In this document: positions 29,301 through 34,893 of the stretch, one piece after another | How positions within the stretch are numbered: position 1 is the first letter of the stretch | How the letters are laid out: each line of letters opens with the position of its first letter | Virus record (IMG/VR): IMGVR_UViG_3300012001_000025 | Coordinates: 1-34,893 of that record | Direction: 5' to 3' (one strand) | Source of the DNA: a virus | Taxonomy: Duplodnaviria > Caudoviricetes | DNA: 34,893 nt | Program-made: the position numbers and the translations under genes | The notes under the pieces: model-generated | What the model was told of the DNA's origin: nothing | Database searches by the model: none | What the model saw: the letters and a program-made list of their open reading frames with translations, nothing else

Positions 29301-29868
29301 CAAATGTGACCTGTTGCTCGTGGATAGCGCATCGCCGCGCTACCCATACGTGCCGCGCAAGATCAACTTCCTCTCGTTCACCAACAACGTCGGTCACCTC
29401 TCGCGCGGCGGACAGGATGGCTGGGGACGTGCATTCTGCAGGGGACTCGGCTACGCCGTTGAGCAGGGATACGACTATGTGGCGCACGTCGAGGGTGACA
29501 GTTTGCTGCACCCCCCGGTCAGCGATATGTTCGCGTGGATGCAGCGCGAGGCAGTCGACGTGATGTCGATTCCGGTGTCGTCGATGCCAAAGTGGATCGA
29601 GACCGGGTTGATGCTGTTCGACGTCCGGTGGTTACAGGACAACAACTTCGTGGAACGATACGACTGGAAGATGCGCAGCCGATACCCGGAACCGGAGGCG
29701 GTGGTCGGGGGTTTGGTTGGTGATTGGACTCGGCTGCCTTGGCGTGGGATGCGCGACGACTTCAATGAGCTGACCGAGGACAACTTGGATGCGCGCGAGT
29801 TGCAGTGGCTGACGCACGCCAAGCTGCCAGTGATGGAGAAATTTGCGGCAAGTGGAGAAGCATCGTGA
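29212..29868 (+). CDS. GT-A glycosyltransferase-like protein (GT2-like)
   Basis: LLLVDSASP...NNVGH...GLGYAVEQGYDYVAHVEGDSLL (ExD at the DxD position). GAGG SD. Confidence 0.65.
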   Translation: MRTLLFATTYVDTPDKMATLKLWIKLSMRDKCDLLLVDSASPRYPYVPRKINFLSFTNNVGHLSRGGQDGWGRAFCRGLGYAVEQGYDYVAHVEGDSLLHPPVSDMFAWMQREAVDVMSIPVSSMPKWIETGLMLFDVRWLQDNNFVERYDWKMRSRYPEPEAVVGGLVGDWTRLPWRGMRDDFNELTEDNLDARELQWLTHAKLPVMEKFAASGEAS

Positions 29869-31556
29869 CACTCAGGTTGAATCTCGGCTGCGGTGACAAC
29901 CGGCTGCCAGCGCCGTGGCAGAACCACGACGCGGACGTGGACATCACTAAGCGCCTGCCTTGGGCGGACAATAGCGTCCGGTTCATCGTGATCGAGCACT
30001 GTGTCGAGCACGTTGATTACTATCAGGCCATCGAGTTCTTCAAGGAGGCGCGACGCGTGCTCGAGATTGGTGGCGTGCTGCGAGTCACCGTGCCGTCGTT
30101 GACGCAGGTGATGAACTGTCAGGACCAGAGCTACTTCGACTGGTTGCACAAGAAGGGGTGGGCACCGACCGCCGACGACCGTGGGGCGATGCACGCGATG
30201 CTGTATTGCCACGGCCACAAGACCGCGTGGAACGCCATGCTGATGGAGGCGACGCTCTATTTTGCCGGGTTTAACGCTCCGCACAAGATGAACCTTGGTT
30301 GGTCCTCGCACCCGGAGCTTCGCGGCATCGAGGGCCACGGCAAGGTGATAGGTGAGAAGTTCAATGCCATCGAGTCGATCACCTTCGAGGCAGCCAAGAT
30401 GACCGGGGACCTCGCGCAAGATTACGATGAGAAGTTCTACGCGATGCACCGTGGCTGGCGCAGCGAATATGACAGTCTGGCTGGCACGCTGGTAGAGTGC
30501 TTGCCAAAGTTCAAGACGGTGGTGGACTTCGGATGTGGCAACGGGTTCATCGTCGATGCGCTGGAGCGACTTGGAAAATCGACGTTGGGCATTGACGGTT
30601 CCAAGAGCGTGCTCAAGTTCAATTCGAAGATACACATCGCCGACATCACCAAGCCTGTGGTCTGCATGGTCAGCGACCTCGTCATCTGCACGGAGGTTGC
30701 CGAGCACGTGGCCGAGCAGTATGCGGATGCGTTGGTGGACAACCTGTGTCGCGCCGCTCGCGCCACAATATTCTTCAGTGCTGCGCAGGCCGGGCACGGT
30801 GGGCACCTGCACCTGAACGAGCAGCCGAGGCAATACTGGATCGACAAATTTGACGCGCGTGGGTTCGATGTGGATGCCGTGGCCACCGACCGCATTGTGT
30901 CTGCGCTGCGCACCAAGAACAATAAAACGTGGTGGTTCGCCGAGAACTCCTTCGTGCTGCGCAGGCGACAGGAACAATTGGACCTCGCCGAGCGACAGCG
31001 TCGCCGGATCGCCATTGTGATCGGCGGCAGCGAGCGGGTGTGGAACGATGTAGAGCTTGCGGAACGTATGTGCAGAGAGAACAACCTCGATCCGGAATAC
31101 TTCGCCGCCAACGACATGATCGAGTTGTTCCCCAAACAGATAGTGGCAGTGACGCTTCATCCAGAAAAGCTGCAGAAGTGGATGAGTCAGCGGCACTCCG
31201 CGAAACACCCGATGCCGTCCGAGGTCTGGTCGCACAATGGCGGCAGCAGGCAGAGCAACCCGCACGTCACGCATCGCTTACAGGACTGGGGCGGCAGCGT
31301 CGGGCTGTTCTGCTACGTGGTAGCGAGGACGCGCGGACACGACCGCGTCATTCTGTGTGGGGTTCCGATGAACAGCGACAACCACTTTGTGCGCAATAGC
31401 AAGTGGACCGCCGTCAGCGCCTTTACCCGCGCGTGGGAAAATCACAAGCTGGAGATGACGCCACACGTGCGTAGCCTGTCGGGCGGCTGGACCGAGGCAC
31501 TGTTTGGACAACCAGACGCGACATGGCTCGACATCAAACAAACGGAGATGACATGA
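29865..31556 (+). CDS. Tandem class I SAM methyltransferases plus a C-terminal Rossmann-like (Maf/DUF115/GT29-like) domain
   Basis: LNLGCG...EHCVEH...RRVLEIGGVLRVTVP; VVDFGCGNG...CTEVAEH...HLNEQP; IAIVIGGS...AANDM...GGSVGL...VILCGVPM. Confidence 0.8.
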   Translation: MTLRLNLGCGDNRLPAPWQNHDADVDITKRLPWADNSVRFIVIEHCVEHVDYYQAIEFFKEARRVLEIGGVLRVTVPSLTQVMNCQDQSYFDWLHKKGWAPTADDRGAMHAMLYCHGHKTAWNAMLMEATLYFAGFNAPHKMNLGWSSHPELRGIEGHGKVIGEKFNAIESITFEAAKMTGDLAQDYDEKFYAMHRGWRSEYDSLAGTLVECLPKFKTVVDFGCGNGFIVDALERLGKSTLGIDGSKSVLKFNSKIHIADITKPVVCMVSDLVICTEVAEHVAEQYADALVDNLCRAARATIFFSAAQAGHGGHLHLNEQPRQYWIDKFDARGFDVDAVATDRIVSALRTKNNKTWWFAENSFVLRRRQEQLDLAERQRRRIAIVIGGSERVWNDVELAERMCRENNLDPEYFAANDMIELFPKQIVAVTLHPEKLQKWMSQRHSAKHPMPSEVWSHNGGSRQSNPHVTHRLQDWGGSVGLFCYVVARTRGHDRVILCGVPMNSDNHFVRNSKWTAVSAFTRAWENHKLEMTPHVRSLSGGWTEALFGQPDATWLDIKQTEMT

Positions 31557-32846
31557 TACCGAGAGTCGTGGATACCAGCCACCACAATACGGTGAACGAC
31601 CTGAGCGCGACGGCTGCGGCGGGCGTCTGGGGCGTCATTCACAAGGCGTCGCAGGGCAGCGGCTACCGCGACCCGGATTACGTCAAGCGTCGCAGGATGG
31701 CGGTGCAGGCGGGACTGCTCTGGGGCGCGTACCACTTCAACGACAGCACCGACGTCACATCGCAGGTCGACAATTTCCTGTCGGCGGCGCAGCCCGAGGA
31801 CGACACACTGCTGGTTCTCGACTACGAGGACGTGACCGACGCACACGGCAACCGGCTGCCAGAGTCGCGGCAGATGTCGCCGCAGAACATGGTCAAGTTC
31901 CTGCGCCTGATCGAGCAGCGCACCGGACGCAGGGCCACGATCTACAGCGGCAACAGGCTCAAGGAGAACATCGGCAGGCTGTCCGCCGAGGACCGCGCCT
32001 ACGTCTGCGGTCACAAGCTGTGGCTCTGCCAGTATGGGCCGACCGCGCACCTGCCTGACGGCTTCGACTCCTACTTCCTGTGGCAGTTCACCGACGGGCA
32101 CGCGGGACCGCAGCCGCACGTGATCGCGGGCATCAGCGGCAACGGCATCGACCTCAACCGCTTCGATGGCGCGCTCGACGAGCTTGCGCGTGGCGTGGGG
32201 CAACGGCGCATCTCAGCCCGAGAGCGCGGTATCCTCGCATGCGTCAGACGCCGCATCGGACAGTGACGACGACGCACCCCCGGCTGACCCAAAGTTGAAC
32301 GTGAGACCCCAGACCGCGACCTACGACGTGGCAGTGGAGGTGGTGCAGCGGAAATTGCAGGGGTTCGGCTATCACGAGGTCGGCGACGTCGACGGGCTGT
32401 GGGGCGGCAAGACCGCCGGGGCCATCAAGGCGTTCTTCAATGACCGGGGGGTGACGGCGGTGGCCGCGATGAGTAGCCCGGAATTGAGCACGGAGATCGG
32501 CAGGGCGACGAGCGAGCGATGGACGCGTCCGATCAGCGAGAAGCGCGCCAACGCCACGGCGCAGGACATCGCGCCGAAGGTCGAGGCCGTGCGCGTGAGC
32601 CTCTGGACGCAGTTCTGGGCCAAGGTCGGCGGGGCCGGTGCCGCATTGGGCCTGACCGGCAGCACCGTGCCGGACATGTTCAACTCCGCTCGGTCGACGC
32701 TCGATCCGATCAAGGACGCCTTCGCGAGCGTACCAGCGGGCGTGTGGTTCCTGCTGGCGATGGTCATAGCGGGCGGCGTCTGGTACGCCAGTCAGCGTAC
32801 CAGCTCCGCGACCACCAAGGACTTCAACACAGGGAGACTCAACTGA
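31553..32846 (+). CDS. Endolysin: GH25 muramidase + peptidoglycan-binding domain + C-terminal hydrophobic helices (apparent +1 frameshift near 32184)
   Basis: VVDTSHHN...IHKASQG...GAYHF...VLDYE...LWLCQY...LWQFTD...IDLNRF, then VQRKLQGFGY...VDGLWGGKTAGAIKAF and two hydrophobic segments. Confidence 0.85.
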
Positions 32847-33139
32847 TGCCAGCAATCATTCTCGCCATCGCGTCGTTCTTCGGAATCAGCCCACTCAGGT
32901 TGATCATCTACGCCGTTGCCATCGTCGCAGTCATCGTCGGTGGCCTCACCATTCGGCAGCACTACGTCAACCTCGGCTATCACAAGGCAATTGCCGACGT
33001 GAAGAAGCAGGACGACCGCGCCGTGGCCGCCGCTGATAAGGTGGAGGCCAAGGCCGCCAAGTGTGACGAGACCAGTGGTTACTGGGACGTCATAACGCAG
33101 AACTGCAGATTGCAGGACACAGCAGAGGAGAAAAAGTGA
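32846..33139 (+). CDS. Putative i-spanin (Rz-like)
   Basis: TGATG overlap. N-terminal TM segment LIIYAVAIVAVIVGGL, helical periplasmic part, two C-terminal Cys. Confidence 0.65.
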   Translation: MPAIILAIASFFGISPLRLIIYAVAIVAVIVGGLTIRQHYVNLGYHKAIADVKKQDDRAVAAADKVEAKAAKCDETSGYWDVITQNCRLQDTAEEKK

Positions 33140-33358
33140 TGGTTAGATTTACGAATATTTGCGCGATCATTCTACTTGGCATGTGGCTCGGCGGCTGCGC
33201 TGGCGTGATGCCGGGCAGCGTCGCAGGCGGCGAGTGTCGGGTGTTCCACGACCCCGGCTTCGCGGTGCGAGGCAAGCGTCTCAAGGACGCGCAGTGGATT
33301 GGTCGCCACGCAGGAGACCGGCATTCACGTTTGCGGGTGGAAGCGCCCGCGCAACTGA
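33139..33358 (+). CDS. Putative o-spanin lipoprotein (Rz1-like; apparent +1 frameshift near 33306)
   Basis: Lipobox LGGC after a hydrophobic signal. Corrected end WIGRTQETGIHVCGWKRPRN. Confidence 0.6.
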
Positions 33359-33375
33359 AGGTGAGTGACTAAGAA

Positions 33376-33690
33376 ATGTCGGACGAGAAGGATCACCACG
33401 ATCACATGGAATATCGCCAGTATGGTGAGCTAGACAACGACGATCCGCGTCTTCAGGTGAAAATACTGGCCTTGCGGATCGACAATCTGACTCGAGAGAA
33501 GGAGCACATCGAGGCCGAGTTAAAGGAGGAAGAACGGGCTCGGAAGGATTTAGATATACGAGTCGCAAGCATGGAGAAGTCGTTCCAGCGCGGCGCGGGT
33601 GCTCTCATAGTCATGCCAGTGGTGGGCACCTTCGTCGGCCTACTGTTAGCCTACGGCAGAACAATATTTGCGCCGTGGATGCCCAAATGA
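33376..33690 (+). CDS. Coiled-coil protein with a C-terminal TM helix (XhlA/holin-like accessory lysis protein)
   Basis: LRIDNLTREKEHIEAELKEEE...VASME followed by GAGALIVMPVVGTFVGLLLAY. Confidence 0.6.
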   Translation: MSDEKDHHDHMEYRQYGELDNDDPRLQVKILALRIDNLTREKEHIEAELKEEERARKDLDIRVASMEKSFQRGAGALIVMPVVGTFVGLLLAYGRTIFAPWMPK

Positions 33691-34136
33691 GCATAGGCAT
33701 GAAGAAGATACTGGTGTTCTCTGCGATAGTGTCGTTTCTGTGGATCACTCCAATTGCGTACATGTTCGCGGACAACGTGCCACCATACGTCTACGACGTG
33801 TCGCGGAGCTACGTCGTGCCGTCGCGCACCACCGTCGACAAGCAGGTGACGGTGCACTGGGCGTTCAAGCGCATCAACCGCGTGTGCCCCGGCAGCATTG
33901 TGCGCTACATCATCGACGAGCAGACGCGGATCAAGACCACCTACGACGCGACGGCGGTGGCTCCCACCATCGACGTCAAGGATCACGTGCTCAATCGCAC
34001 GTTCTATCTGCCGCCCGACATCACACCGGGTCCGAAGATTTATCGCGCCGAGATGTACTTCCAATGCAATCTGCTCCAGCATATCTTCCCACTGCATGTC
34101 GTGACGCCGGACCTGCACTTCGAGATCGTGCCGTGA
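33687..34136 (+). CDS. Membrane-anchored hypothetical protein
   Basis: ATGA overlap. N-terminal TM segment. Cys pair RVCPG...FQCNLLQ. Confidence 0.7.
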   Translation: MSIGMKKILVFSAIVSFLWITPIAYMFADNVPPYVYDVSRSYVVPSRTTVDKQVTVHWAFKRINRVCPGSIVRYIIDEQTRIKTTYDATAVAPTIDVKDHVLNRTFYLPPDITPGPKIYRAEMYFQCNLLQHIFPLHVVTPDLHFEIVP

Positions 34137-34180
34137 TCGCTCCCACCTAAACTTGGGTGGTGTTAACCAGGAGTTGCTAC

Positions 34181-34606
34181 ATGCGAACGATACTACTGTT
34201 GATTGGTATACTTGGCCTACTGACCAGCCCGGCTCAGGCGCGCCACTGGCACCACTGGCACCACTGGCACCACCTGACGCACCACCGAGTCGCTCAATGG
34301 GGCGGCGGTGCCACCGTGGCGCATCCCAGCGGCTGCCCCGGGCGGGCATTTTGCGGCTGCGGGGCCGCGCTGCGGGTATTTGGGAGGCCCGTGCGGAGCC
34401 TGTGGCTGGCGGCAGCTTGGTTCCGGTTCCCGCGCTCCGCGCCCGCGCCCGGCACCGTGGCGGTGCGGCGGCATCACGTGTTCGTGCTCGAGAGCCACGT
34501 CGAGGGTAACACGTGGATCGTCTACGACGCCAACAGCGGCGGGCACGCGACGCGCATCCATCCGCGAAGCATCGCGGGGTACACGATAGTCAACCCTCAC
34601 ACCTGA
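34181..34606 (+). CDS. Secreted protein with His/Trp repeat and a CHAP/papain-like Cys-His domain
   Basis: AGGAG SD. Signal peptide ending AQA. RHWHHWHHWHH. FCGCGAA...AAAW...PAPGTVAV..HHVF...VYDANSG. Confidence 0.75.
   Translation: MRTILLLIGILGLLTSPAQARHWHHWHHWHHLTHHRVAQWGGGATVAHPSGCPGRAFCGCGAALRVFGRPVRSLWLAAAWFRFPRSAPAPGTVAVRRHHVFVLESHVEGNTWIVYDANSGGHATRIHPRSIAGYTIVNPHT
34244..34270 (+). repeat. 9-nt tandem repeat (CACTGGCAC)x3
   Basis: Seen directly. Encodes HWH x3. Confidence 0.9.
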
Positions 34607-34609
34607 ATC

Positions 34610-34658
34610 CCGCCGACTGTCACTCGGCGGCGATGCCGGGGGCACACGCACCCCCGGC
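34610..34658. terminator. Two adjacent GC hairpins between convergent genes
   Basis: CCGCCGA/TCGGCGG (34610-34630) and GCCGGGGG/CCCCCGGC (34635-34658). Confidence 0.5.
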
Positions 34659-34690
34659 TCCTCCCTGCGCAAACTTGGCCCGGCCAGTCC

Positions 34691-34891
34691 CTACGATTGG
34701 TCGGGCTCTTTTGTGTCGCCTGGACTCCACGTGTAGATGACGCGTGAGTGCAAATATTGGAACCCAACTCGCGCGCACTTGTCGCAGACGCGATACATCA
34801 CGTCGAGGTGTCTGCGCCGCGAGTTCGGCTGGTTCTTGAAGTGTGGCTGCGTGTCGAACACCTTCATGCCGCGCTCGTTGGTGAGGCATAC
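34691..34891 (-). CDS. 3' end of a minus-strand hypothetical gene entering from beyond the window
   Basis: Open frame VCLTNERGMKVFDTQPHF...YRVCDKCARVGF...EPDQS* with phage-like codon usage. This is a different frame from the listed 34620..34889 ORF. Confidence 0.5.
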   Translation of the reverse strand, partial: VCLTNERGMKVFDTQPHFKNQPNSRRRHLDVMYRVCDKCARVGFQYLHSRVIYTWSPGDTKEPDQS

Positions 34892-34893
34892 GC

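Noticed and set aside
29475-31274. 599-aa antisense ORF over the methyltransferase gene
   Set aside because: Antisense shadow typical of GC-rich genes, with no recognisable motifs. The sense strand has clear motifs throughout, unlike the intein case.
34620-34889. Listed 89-aa minus ORF
   Set aside because: Runs through the hairpins and is Arg/Ala-rich. A different minus frame ending at 34691 has more gene-like codon usage.
1-34893. tRNA, rRNA, integrase/att or IS elements
   Set aside because: None recognisable. Intergenic gaps are short and contain only SD sites and hairpins.

Overview
Late-gene (virion morphogenesis and lysis) region of a GC-rich tailed phage or prophage with siphovirus-like organisation. 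Spanin-like genes point to a Gram-negative host. Almost all genes are on the + strand. Order: giant MuF/SPP1-gp7-like head protein (intein, two VIP2-like and one PARP-like ADP-ribosyltransferase, NUDIX, kinase-like domain), DUF2213-type protease/scaffold, head decoration protein, DUF2184-type major capsid protein, an accessory fibre/repeat-protein block, head-tail and tail genes (chaperone with a -1 slippery site, tape measure, hub, fibre), a glycosyl-/methyltransferase cluster, and a lysis cassette. Two observations stand out. (1) The MuF intein (783-1751) has no recognisable endonuclease on its own strand; instead a 283-aa HTH + Vsr/DUF559-like nuclease gene is nested on the antisense strand and overlaps the splicing motifs. 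(2) The MuF protein is an array of enzyme cassettes, each preceded by a repeated xD-(A/Y)xPDxxRxxxGxW linker, which suggests a protease-processed, recombinationally shuffled effector polyprotein. About ten +1 frameshifts across the window look like sequencing insertions. All family assignments come from motif recognition by eye; no database searches were run.
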